Assembly: GCA_963170165.1 (NCBI GenBank)
Contig: CAUJGQ010000138.1
Span: forward strand, 95,690-159,689
DNA: 64,000 nucleotides
Source: Chloroflexota bacterium
Lineage (GTDB): Bacteria; Chloroflexota; Dehalococcoidia; CAUJGQ01
Direction of reading: 5' to 3'
Position numbers and translations under genes: made by a program. Positions 36,609 to 45,241 of this stretch are shown piece after piece. Below the pieces are notes generated by a model that did no database searches, was not told the DNA's origin, and saw only the letters and a program-made list of their open reading frames with translations. Positions within the stretch are counted from its first letter, which is position 1. The number at the start of each line of letters is the position of its first letter.

Positions 36609-36649
36609 GCGGATTCGAACTCCGCGGTGTGGCCAATCCTTGGCTGCAC
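36609..36649. other. Two adjacent stable hairpins in a 385-nt convergent intergenic region (possible bidirectional terminator or small structured RNA)
   Basis: GCGGA-TTCGAAC-TCCGC (5-bp stem, 36609-36625) and GTGTGGCCAA-TCC-TTGGCTGCAC (10-bp stem with two G-U pairs, 36627-36649). Confidence 0.35.
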
Positions 36650-36816
36650 AGAATGGGCGCGAGCGGGGAGGGTCCGGCAACGACGCATCGCGCGCAGCAC
36701 GCGGGGGAGCGGTGCCTTGGAGCGCGCCAAAGCTGTCTGGCACTGGATCATCCCACCTGACAACGCCGCCAGCTGCAGGCTGCAATGCTGCGCCCTTCGC
36801 CGGGCTCCTCCTCATC

Positions 36817-37260
36817 TCAGGCGAGCAGCCCCGTCACCACCTCGTTGATGGTGCGCCCGTCTGCCTGACCGGCCAGCCGCTTGGTCAGCACGCCCATGAC
36901 CTTACCCTTGTCACCAGGTCCCGTGGCGCCGGTCTCGGTGATCACGGTGCGCGCCGCCTCGGCGATCTGCTCGCGCGAGAGTTGCTGGGGCAGATATCCC
37001 TGCAGCACAGCGATCTCCGCTGCCTCCTTCTCTGCCAGGTCCGGACGGTTCCCTTTGCGGAACTGATCGATGCTGTCGTGCCGCTGCTTGACCTCCTTCT
37101 GCAGGATGACCAGAACGGCGGCATCTTCCAGAGGTTTGCCGGCAGCGATCTGGGCGTTGTGGACAGCAGCGCTCACCATGCGCAGGGCAATCTTGCGGCG
37201 CTCATCGCCGCCGCGCATCGCCTCCTTTAGGTCAGCCGCGATTCGTTCGGTGAGGCTCAT
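36817..37260 (-). CDS. GatB/YqeY-domain protein
   Basis: 147 aa; characteristic GatB_Yqey sequence (LKEAMRGGDERRKIALRMVSAAVHNAQI..., VLQKEVKQRHDSIDQF). Confidence 0.8.
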   Translation of the reverse strand: MSLTERIAADLKEAMRGGDERRKIALRMVSAAVHNAQIAAGKPLEDAAVLVILQKEVKQRHDSIDQFRKGNRPDLAEKEAAEIAVLQGYLPQQLSREQIAEAARTVITETGATGPGDKGKVMGVLTKRLAGQADGRTINEVVTGLLA

Positions 37261-37398
37261 GGTACTCTCCTGACACTTTCCGTCGTCTTTGTCTGGTCAA
37301 CTGGCCGGTCTACGGCGAACCGCCCGCCGGCACGAAATCCTGCATAGCGGGCTGCTTGTCTACCAGCGCGCCGGTCACGCTCGATGATGGAGGCCGTC

Positions 37399-40300
37399 AT
37401 GCCGCGCTCGAATCCCTATCGCATCAGCGTCATCGCCAGTGCGCTGGCTGCGCTGGCTGCCATCGCCGGGCTTGCGCTCCCACGGGACGCGGCGGCACAG
37501 GTACAGAGCGGGCCTGCGACCATCACGGGCGTCTTTGCGGTGCTGGGAGCGCACCCGCGCGATCTGTACTTCTTGTACGACGAGCGGGGCACGCGTGACT
37601 ACATCCGGCTGGAAGTGAGCCAGTCACAGGTGGCGGCGCTTGGCGGCGCGCAGCGATTACGCGGCCAGCGTGTTACTGTCTCCGGCACGATGACCACGGG
37701 CACCCGTGCCCTCGCCAGCCTCGAGCCGGTGCTCAGCGTATCGCAGTTACGCCTGGCCGGCGTGGCCACGCAGTCCACAGAGGTGGTGTCCGGCACGGTG
37801 CGCTACATCAACCTGCTGTGCAAGTTCTCCGATGTCAGCACCGAGCCGCATGCTCCTGCCTGGTACACCAACCTGCTGGGCATGACCTCGCCCGGCGTTG
37901 GGCATTACTACCGCGAGTCCTCGTATCAGCTTGTGGACATGACCGGCAGTACCACCGTCACGGGCTGGCTGACACTGCCACAACCGAAGAGCTACTACAC
38001 GACTTCAGGGAATTTCCCCAACACTACCCGCCTGCTCACGGACTGCCTGGCGGCCGCTGATGCGCAGGTTGATTACACCCAGTATTGGGGCGTGAACCTG
38101 TTCCTGAACGCTGACTTCAATGTCGGCGGCGTCGGCTCTATTGGCCGCTGGCCGCGCACGCTGGACGGCGTCTCCGGGCAGTGGGGCTTCACCTGGATTC
38201 CGGACAACGGCGCACAGGCCGGTGTGCTGTACCACGAGATCGGCCACAACTTCGGCTTCCCCCACGCCTCCAACGCGGTGGCGATGACCGGCGCCAGCCC
38301 CAACGAGTACGGCAACGTGTGGGACGTGATGGGCAACGGTCAGGGCTGGACCGATCCGACATATGGCTGGGTCAGCTCCCATACCAGCATGTATCACAAG
38401 GACACTGCCGGATGGCTGGCCGCCAACCGCAGGTTCACGTACACCGGCGGAACGCAGGCCGTAACGCTCGAGCAGTCGGCGCAGGCCGGCGCCAATAACT
38501 ATCTGGCGGCGTTCATTCCCATCGGCGGCTCTAGCACGCACATGCTCGTCGTAGAGGCACGGCGCAAAACCGGCTATGACGCCGGCCTGCCGGGCAACGC
38601 CGTTATCATCCACGAGGTGGATACCGGCCGCACGGTCCCCGCCTACGTAGTGGACGCCGACAACGACAACATCACTTCAGACGCCGAGACGCAGTGGGTA
38701 GCGGGCGAGACGTACACCTCGGACTACGGCATCACCATCACGGTCAACACCGCCACCGCTACCGGCTTTACCATCACGATCGCCACCCAGACCGGCTGCC
38801 CTGCACCGGCCATGACCGCGCCGGAGCAAGGCGCAACGGTGGCTGCGCCCAGCGCCAGCATCGGCTGGGCCTCGCTGGCGGGCTGCACGTTCGACGGGTA
38901 CCAGGTACGCATCAAAGATGTACCGGTGATGTCAAGCGCCGGTACGACGATCCTCACTGCCAACGTCAGCAGCGTCAGCACCAACCAGACGGTGCCCAGT
39001 GCCTGGTATGACAAGACGTTGTATGTAGGGGTGCGTGCTGCCGGGGCAACGGGCAACGCCGCCTGGTCCGTACGCCGCTTCCGGGTGCACAACTACCCCA
39101 ACAGCATCACCGCTACCGACGCCTGGACCAGCGACGGCGGCAGCGATTGGTCGGTGCGCAAGACAACGTTCAGTTCGGGCGATACGATTCGCTACGTCGG
39201 CGCCGTCAGCAATCAAACCTCAGGCGCCCAGAGCGTCCGCATGACGTGGGATGCCACTGGTCCGGGCGGATCTATCTTCAGCTCCGTCAACGACCCGTGG
39301 TCGATGCCCCAGGGCCAGACGTACTGGTACTACAGCTCTACGGTCCCGGCGCGGCTGGATGTGAACACCCCGGTTCAGCCGCAGCGGCCCGGCGCCCTCA
39401 CCGGTCAGATGCTGATTCCCATGGACGCGGCGCCAGGCACCTACACCTTCACCTTCAGTCTGACCTACAACTTTCAGACGACCACCATGACCGCCAACTT
39501 CACCGTGGGCACCGGTCCCGCGGCGCCGGGCGCGCCGGCGCTAACCTCACCGGCCAACGCCGCTGTCTCCACCGAAGGCGCCGCGGTCACGCTCACATGG
39601 AGCGGCGACGCCGAGCAGTATCAGGCCGAGCTCGCGGCGCCCGCGGGCACGTCAACCTCAGCCTGGGGCGCCGCCACCACCTGGACTCCAGCCACTTCGG
39701 TTGTCAACGGCGGCGCCTATAGCTGGCGGGTGAGGGGGCGCAACGGCGCGGTAGAGGGACCGTGGTCCTCCACACGAACGTTCACGGTCACCCCCAACCT
39801 CCCCAGCAATCTGCGTGTCGCCAATGTCACCACCGGCAGCATCCAGATTGCGTGGACTGACACCTCGGCAGCGGAGACTGAATTTCAGGTGGTGTGGAAC
39901 CAGCAGGGGAGCGGCGCCTACACGACCGTCAGTGTGGCTGCCAATGCCACAAATTGGACCCACACCGGCCTGTCCGCCGGCCAGACCTATTACTACTGGG
40001 TGAAGAGCTGCGCGGGGACCGTGTGCTCGGCGCTGAGCCCCAGCATCACCGGCGCCACCGCCGTTCCGGCGAAACCACAGGCGCTGCGCGCGGGCAGCGT
40101 CACCGACACCAGCATCCAGCTGCTGTGGACGGCCGGCTCAAACAACGCCACCGCCTACCAGGTCGTGTGGTCCCCGTACGGCTCAGCCAGCTACACCACG
40201 GTTGATCTCCCCGCTACACCGGCCAGCTGGGAGCACACCGGGCTGCAGGCTGGCCGTAGCTATTACTACTGGGTGCGCGCCTGCAATGCTGTCGGCTGTT

Positions 40301-41040
40301 CGGCGCTGGCGGGAGCGCTGGGGTTGACGACAACCGGCGCCAACACCCCCGCTGCGCCGGCCAACGTCCGCATCGGCCTCACCACTAACGGCAGCATCGA
40401 AGTGCTGTGGAACGACGTCAGCGCCGAGACCAGCTATGAGCTGGTGTGGACCAATGTCGACCCGGTCAGCTACGTCTGGGACCGCCTGCCCGCCAACCAG
40501 ACCAGCGCCACCCAGAGCGGGCTGCCAACGGGAACCACCCGCTACTACTGGGTGCGCGCCTGCCTGGATTTGCTGTGCTCCGGCTATGCCGGTGGTGTGG
40601 CCGGCGCCGCCTACGCTCCTCCCGCGACCCCTGCGAATCTCCGCGTCACTGCCACTGCCTCCGGCTCGGTCAGTCTCGCCTGGGATGATGTCGCTGATGA
40701 GCAGATGTTCCAGGTGGTATGGAACCGTGCCGGTACCGGTAGCTACACTCCCGTGAACCAGCCGGCAGACACCACTGCCTGGACACACACCGGGTTGACG
40801 AACGGACAGACCTATTACTACTGGGTGCGGGCCTGCATCGGCGTTGTCTGCTCGGGGTGGTCGGCCGCGGTGGCCGGTACTCCCGGCTCCGGCAGCAGCC
40901 CGCTGCGCGCCGCCGCCGCTGCGGACGTGCCCCCACCACCAGCCATGCCACCCGCTGCGGGCGGCCCGCCCCCGCCACCACCCGCCGGCAGCGGGCCGCC
41001 ACCACCGGCGAACCTACCGCGGCCCGGAGAGCGGCGCTGA
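37399..41040 (+). CDS. Large secreted zinc metalloprotease (metzincin-type HEIGHNFGFPH motif, possibly M11 gametolysin-like) with beta-rich middle domains, four Cys-containing FN3 repeats and Pro-rich C-terminal tail
   Basis: Start ATG 37399 after GGAGG, signal peptide MPRSNPYRISVIASALAALAAIAGLALP. Zinc motif VLYHEIGHNFGFPHAS (HExxHxxGxxH). FN3 repeats ending WVKSCAGTVCSAL, WVRACNAVGCSAL, WVRACLDLLCSGY, WVRACIGVVCSGWS. Tail PPPPAMPPAAGGPPPPPPAGSGPPPP. Confidence 0.8.
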   Translation: MPRSNPYRISVIASALAALAAIAGLALPRDAAAQVQSGPATITGVFAVLGAHPRDLYFLYDERGTRDYIRLEVSQSQVAALGGAQRLRGQRVTVSGTMTTGTRALASLEPVLSVSQLRLAGVATQSTEVVSGTVRYINLLCKFSDVSTEPHAPAWYTNLLGMTSPGVGHYYRESSYQLVDMTGSTTVTGWLTLPQPKSYYTTSGNFPNTTRLLTDCLAAADAQVDYTQYWGVNLFLNADFNVGGVGSIGRWPRTLDGVSGQWGFTWIPDNGAQAGVLYHEIGHNFGFPHASNAVAMTGASPNEYGNVWDVMGNGQGWTDPTYGWVSSHTSMYHKDTAGWLAANRRFTYTGGTQAVTLEQSAQAGANNYLAAFIPIGGSSTHMLVVEARRKTGYDAGLPGNAVIIHEVDTGRTVPAYVVDADNDNITSDAETQWVAGETYTSDYGITITVNTATATGFTITIATQTGCPAPAMTAPEQGATVAAPSASIGWASLAGCTFDGYQVRIKDVPVMSSAGTTILTANVSSVSTNQTVPSAWYDKTLYVGVRAAGATGNAAWSVRRFRVHNYPNSITATDAWTSDGGSDWSVRKTTFSSGDTIRYVGAVSNQTSGAQSVRMTWDATGPGGSIFSSVNDPWSMPQGQTYWYYSSTVPARLDVNTPVQPQRPGALTGQMLIPMDAAPGTYTFTFSLTYNFQTTTMTANFTVGTGPAAPGAPALTSPANAAVSTEGAAVTLTWSGDAEQYQAELAAPAGTSTSAWGAATTWTPATSVVNGGAYSWRVRGRNGAVEGPWSSTRTFTVTPNLPSNLRVANVTTGSIQIAWTDTSAAETEFQVVWNQQGSGAYTTVSVAANATNWTHTGLSAGQTYYYWVKSCAGTVCSALSPSITGATAVPAKPQALRAGSVTDTSIQLLWTAGSNNATAYQVVWSPYGSASYTTVDLPATPASWEHTGLQAGRSYYYWVRACNAVGCSALAGALGLTTTGANTPAAPANVRIGLTTNGSIEVLWNDVSAETSYELVWTNVDPVSYVWDRLPANQTSATQSGLPTGTTRYYWVRACLDLLCSGYAGGVAGAAYAPPATPANLRVTATASGSVSLAWDDVADEQMFQVVWNRAGTGSYTPVNQPADTTAWTHTGLTNGQTYYYWVRACIGVVCSGWSAAVAGTPGSGSSPLRAAAAADVPPPPAMPPAAGGPPPPPPAGSGPPPPANLPRPGERR
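39790..40890 (+). repeat. Four tandem FN3-like repeats with YYYWVRAC-x4-C signature (same module family as 11640..12490)
   Basis: Recurring DNA words tattactactgggtgcg(c/g)gcctgc at about 270-nt period. Boundaries approximate. Confidence 0.6.
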
Positions 41041-41101
41041 CCTGAGCCCTCCCCGCGCCGTCACCAGGAGGATCAGGTCTCCGGTGACGCTTTGTCGAAG
41101 C

Positions 41102-41151
41102 CGCCCTCCTGGTAGGTCCCCTGATGAGCCAGAGGACCTACCAGGAGGGCG
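41102..41151. terminator. Perfect 18-bp inverted repeat hairpin (14-nt loop) between convergent genes; probable bidirectional terminator
   Basis: CGCCCTCCTGGTAGGTCC (41102-41119) / GGACCTACCAGGAGGGCG (41134-41151). Loop CCTGATGAGCCAGA. No strong U-tract on either strand. Confidence 0.5.
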
Positions 41152-41253
41152 TTGCCGTTGTGACTCCCAAACACAGGCGAGGACTACCGGCGGGGCAGCG
41201 GCGTGCGGCCACCACGACCGAGCAGGGTCAACCCGGAGACGAGCCCCGGGGCC

Positions 41254-41691
41254 CTATTCCTCCTGCTCTGCACGCAGCTCGCGTGCCTGATCGTTGCACC
41301 AATCGACGTTATCGACATGCTCGCGGCGCATCTCGGCGATCTCCTTGCGCGCCTCGGGATCGGTAACGGTCTCGGCGACGGCGTCCAGGCGCTTGACCAC
41401 CCACATTTGGCCGCGGGCGAGCAGGTCCAGCCGCTCTGCCAGCGATTCCAGCGCCAGCACCTTGGCGGCGAAGTCGTTCTTGCCGCGCGAAGGCTCACCA
41501 CCGGCGGCGCGCACCGCCCGCTCCATGACGGCGCAGGAGAAGGCCTCATCGGCCTCGATCTTCACCAGGTGATTACGAAAATACCCCTTAGGCACGGTCT
41601 TGATCATCGCCTGGAGCAGCTCCACCCCGGCCCGCTCCGCCTCCAGCAGCTCGTTCAACCGCGACACCGTATCGCTTACCGTGGCCGTCAT
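41254..41691 (-). CDS. PA2169/DUF2383-like four-helix-bundle (ferritin-like) protein
   Basis: 145 aa; LNELLEAERAGVELLQAM and AAGGEPSRG resemble the PA2169-family consensus. Assignment tentative. Confidence 0.45.
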   Translation of the reverse strand: MTATVSDTVSRLNELLEAERAGVELLQAMIKTVPKGYFRNHLVKIEADEAFSCAVMERAVRAAGGEPSRGKNDFAAKVLALESLAERLDLLARGQMWVVKRLDAVAETVTDPEARKEIAEMRREHVDNVDWCNDQARELRAEQEE

Positions 41692-41881
41692 CGGTCTGAC
41701 TCCTGTTCACTAACGGGGAACGCGGGGGAGGGAACGGCGTACCGCTCCGCTGGCTGAAGTATATCGTGAGACGAGGGAACGAGGAACGGGAGAGCAGGGG
41801 GCAGCCACCAGACACGGGAGACCTGCTTCTCCGCTCGCGGCTTCGCCGTGCGACAATCTTCCTGCTCAGGAGGGCAGACAC

Positions 41882-42565
41882 GTGGCTGATACAAACGCGC
41901 TCCCACTGTGGGGCGTGATGGGGTTGTTATTCAAGGCGCATCCGTGGCACGGCGTGGCCATTGGCCCGGACTCCCCGGACATGGTGACGGCCTACATCGA
42001 GATCGTCCCTACCGACACGGTCAAATACGAGATCGATAAGTACAACGGCTATCTCAAGGTTGACCGCCCGCAGCAGTTTTCCAACACGGTACCGTCGCTA
42101 TACGGACTCATCCCGCAGACACTCTGTGCCGAGCAGGTGGCGGCCCGTTGCATGGAGCGCACCAGCCGCGAGGGCATCATCGGCGATGGCGACCCGATGG
42201 ACATCTGCGTGCTGACGGAAAAGGAAATCGGCCACGGCGATATCCTCGTGCGGGCACACCCCATCGGCGGGCTGCGCATGATTGACGGCAACGAGGCGGA
42301 CGATAAGATCATCGCCGTGATGCATGGTGACGCCCTGTACGGTCACTGGCGCGACCTGAGCGACTGTCCGCCGGCCATCATTGAGCGGCTCAAGCACTAC
42401 TTTCTCACGTACAAAGACGCGCCGGACGCCCCTGTGCGCCGGGTCGAGATCGCCGAGGTCTTCGGCCGCGACGAAGCGCACGAAATGATCGCCCGCAGCC
42501 AGCAGGATTACCGCGCCCGATTCGCCGGGCTGTACCAGCTGCTCAACCAGGCGATGCAGAGCTAA
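41882..42565 (+). CDS. ppa: Inorganic pyrophosphatase (family I)
   Basis: 227 aa; HPWHGV, DGDPMDICVL, YEIDKYNG signatures. Confidence 0.9.
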   Translation: MADTNALPLWGVMGLLFKAHPWHGVAIGPDSPDMVTAYIEIVPTDTVKYEIDKYNGYLKVDRPQQFSNTVPSLYGLIPQTLCAEQVAARCMERTSREGIIGDGDPMDICVLTEKEIGHGDILVRAHPIGGLRMIDGNEADDKIIAVMHGDALYGHWRDLSDCPPAIIERLKHYFLTYKDAPDAPVRRVEIAEVFGRDEAHEMIARSQQDYRARFAGLYQLLNQAMQS

Positions 42566-42658
42566 GCCAGTGGTACACTGTGTCCCCAGCACGCTGGTGC
42601 TTGACCGGCGTGGATGAATGGTGATCATGCAAGTAGCTTGTGCCGCGAGGACAAATCG

Positions 42659-45196
42659 ATGAGTGGACTGTTGCGGCTGCATATCCAGGACAGCAGCGGG
42701 AGCCGCGAACAACAATTTGAGGGCGGCCCGGTTGTTGCCGGCCGCGAGTCTCCCGGCGGGATCTCGCTCAACGACCCGCTAGTCTCGCGCACGCACGGGC
42801 GGTTCGAGCCCCGGCCGGATGGGTGGTACTTCGTCGATGCCGCCAGCCGCAACGGTAGCTTCTACAACGGCCAGCGCCTGGCGCCGGAGCAGGGCATTCC
42901 CCTGCGCCCGGGCGACAGCGTCCGCCTCGGCAACGCCACCGTGACGGTCGTCGATGCCCGGATTGCCGCCGCGCCGCCACCACCGTTTGTCGCTCCCGGC
43001 GTCCCCACCCTTGGCGGCCCAAACGGCGCGACCTTCGGCGCACAGACCGCCCCGCAGCCGCCCGTCGTCCCCATCCCATCCGCGCCGCCGCCGGTGCGCC
43101 CGCCGGACCCTTCCCGCCCCTCGCACGTCGGCGCCCAGGACCACATCGTCCACGTCGGCCGCGCTATCGACAACGACATCGTGATTAACGACGGCTACGT
43201 CTCCTCGTACCACTTCGAGGCGTGGCCCCAAGACGGCGGGCTGATGGTCAAGGACCTCGGCTCCCGCAACGGTACCTTCGTCAACGGCCAGCGCATCACC
43301 CAACTGGTCGTGGCCCCGAATGCCGTCATTCAGATGGGCCCCAACGCCACGGTGACCGCTCAGCAGATCATGGGCAGTCTCGCCGCCGGCCCCGAGCAAT
43401 CGCTGTACACGCGCCGGCCGGGCGAGCTGGAGCACCTGGTCGTTGGCCAGCAGTTGGGCCGGATCGTCGGCAAGGAGCAGAAGACTATCCTGCGCGAGGT
43501 CGATGTCGCCGTCCGCCGTGGCCAGTTCATCGCCATCGTGGGCGGTTCCGGCGCCGGCAAGTCTACCCTGATGAAGGTGCTCAACGGCTACACGCCGCCG
43601 GAGGTCGGCACTCTGATCCGTGCGCGGGACGCCCAGGGCCATGAGGAGGAAATCGGCTACGTCCCGCAGGAAGACATCATCCACCGCGAGCTGCCGCTGA
43701 AGGACGCGCTCGTGCTATCCGCCATGCTGCGCTACCCGCCGAACACGCCGCAGCAGGTGGTGGAGCAGCGAGCCACCGAGGTGCTGTCTGAGCTGGGCTT
43801 GTCCGAGCACACGAATACGATGGTCTCGCGACTGTCCGGCGGCCAGCGTAAGCGCGCCTCGGTGGCGCTGGAACTGATGCGCCGGCCGCGGCTGCTGATT
43901 CTCGATGAGCCGACATCGGGGCTGGACCCCGCCAGCGGCCGCCGCGTGATCAAGCTCTTGCGCTCGTTGGCCAACACCGGCGTCGGTATCCTGCTCGTCA
44001 CCCATGCGATGGAGAACGTACCGGACTGCGACACCATCGCCTTCCTTGCCCCCGGCGGCCACCTGGTGTACTGGGGCACACTGGACGGCGCGATGAAGCA
44101 CTTCGGCACGCAGGACCTGGCCGAGGTCTACGACTTCCTCGACCCGGATGGCGCCACTTCCGACGGCAAACGTGCCGCGGTGCAGCACTGGCGGCAGCGC
44201 TTCCTGGAGTCCGAGCACTACGCCACGCTACGGTCTGATGTGGATGCCGGGATGCGCACCCTGGCGCCACTGGCACAGTTCGCCCCCGCACCACAGGCAC
44301 AGGACAACGAGCTGGTCAAGTGGCAGCTGTCCGGGCTGACCAGGCGCTACGCCCGCATCGTCATCGGCGACCGCCGCAATCTGTATCTGCTTCTCGGCCA
44401 GGTGCCGATCATCATCGTGCTGGCGCGGATCATCTTCTCACGCAACGTGCTCCAGCCGGAGACGCAGGCCGAGTTCATCAGCAACGCCTCTAAGGGCTTG
44501 CAGTTCCTGTTCATCCTTGGCGCCTCGCTCGTATGGTTCGGCACGATCAACGCCGCCCGCGAAATCTGCAAGGAGCTACCCATCTGGGAGCGGGAGAGTC
44601 ACTGCGGCGTCAAGCCCATGCCATACGTGCTGAGCAAAGTCGCCGTGCTCGGCGCGCTGGCCGCCATCCAAACATCGATGCTGGTGCTGCTGTTCTTCGT
44701 GCTGTGGAAGGTACCGGGGGGCGCCGGCGCCTTCATCGGCATCGTCTTCGCCGGCTTCTTGGCGGCCTTCGCCGGCACGGCCCTCGGCCTGGCGATCAGC
44801 GCCTCCGTGCCGTCTGCCGACCGGGCGATGGCGATTGTGCCGCTGGTCATGATCCCGCAGTTGATGTTTGCCGGTGTGCTCATCCCGCTCAAGGAGATGG
44901 GCGGCGGCAAGTTCATCAGCTACGTTGTCTCCTCGCGCTTCTCCTTCGAGGCGCTGGCGCGGTTCACTGACCGCAAGAACTACATCCCGAACCCGCAAAA
45001 CTTCAAGCTGTATGAGCAGGTGGACGGCTCCGCCATCGGCCCGGTGATCGTACTGGCCGTGCACGCCATCGCCTTCACTGCCATCGCCACCTGGCTGGTC
45101 GCCCGCTCAGCCCCCAAGCCGCAGGCTCCCCAGGGCCAGGCCGGCCCCACCCCGGGGCAATACATCCACCCGGGACAGATGGGCGTGCCGCGGTAA
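42659..45196 (+). CDS. FHA-FHA-ABC transporter fusion (Rv1747-like): two N-terminal FHA domains, ABC ATPase and ABC-2-type permease domain
   Basis: Start at internal ATG (MSGLLRLHIQD). FHA1 ...VSRTHGRFEP...SRNGSFYNGQRL, FHA2 ...GYVSSYHFEAW...GSRNGTFVNGQRI. Walker A GGSGAGKSTL, signature LSGGQRKR, Walker B LLILDEPTSGLD, then 6 TM. Confidence 0.85.
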   Translation: MSGLLRLHIQDSSGSREQQFEGGPVVAGRESPGGISLNDPLVSRTHGRFEPRPDGWYFVDAASRNGSFYNGQRLAPEQGIPLRPGDSVRLGNATVTVVDARIAAAPPPPFVAPGVPTLGGPNGATFGAQTAPQPPVVPIPSAPPPVRPPDPSRPSHVGAQDHIVHVGRAIDNDIVINDGYVSSYHFEAWPQDGGLMVKDLGSRNGTFVNGQRITQLVVAPNAVIQMGPNATVTAQQIMGSLAAGPEQSLYTRRPGELEHLVVGQQLGRIVGKEQKTILREVDVAVRRGQFIAIVGGSGAGKSTLMKVLNGYTPPEVGTLIRARDAQGHEEEIGYVPQEDIIHRELPLKDALVLSAMLRYPPNTPQQVVEQRATEVLSELGLSEHTNTMVSRLSGGQRKRASVALELMRRPRLLILDEPTSGLDPASGRRVIKLLRSLANTGVGILLVTHAMENVPDCDTIAFLAPGGHLVYWGTLDGAMKHFGTQDLAEVYDFLDPDGATSDGKRAAVQHWRQRFLESEHYATLRSDVDAGMRTLAPLAQFAPAPQAQDNELVKWQLSGLTRRYARIVIGDRRNLYLLLGQVPIIIVLARIIFSRNVLQPETQAEFISNASKGLQFLFILGASLVWFGTINAAREICKELPIWERESHCGVKPMPYVLSKVAVLGALAAIQTSMLVLLFFVLWKVPGGAGAFIGIVFAGFLAAFAGTALGLAISASVPSADRAMAIVPLVMIPQLMFAGVLIPLKEMGGGKFISYVVSSRFSFEALARFTDRKNYIPNPQNFKLYEQVDGSAIGPVIVLAVHAIAFTAIATWLVARSAPKPQAPQGQAGPTPGQYIHPGQMGVPR

Positions 45197-45241
45197 GAGC
45201 AAGGAATCGCGGGGGGCAGGCCGGCTCCCCGCTCCATATCC

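Noticed and set aside
36603-36625. Possible tRNA or tRNA 3' fragment (GGAGTTCGAATCC on minus strand)
   Set aside because: T-stem arms are not complementary in the canonical register. No acceptor-stem partner and no CCA-proximal pairing found. No flanking integrase. Kept only as an unexplained motif in a finding.
41120-41133. Hammerhead ribozyme core (CUGAUGA) in hairpin loop
   Set aside because: Only the heptamer is present. There is no GAAA element and no three-way junction.
42768-43684. Long antisense ORFs (301 aa, 103 aa and others) inside the FHA-ABC gene
   Set aside because: Overlapped entirely by a plus-strand gene with Walker/FHA motifs. Artefacts of high GC.
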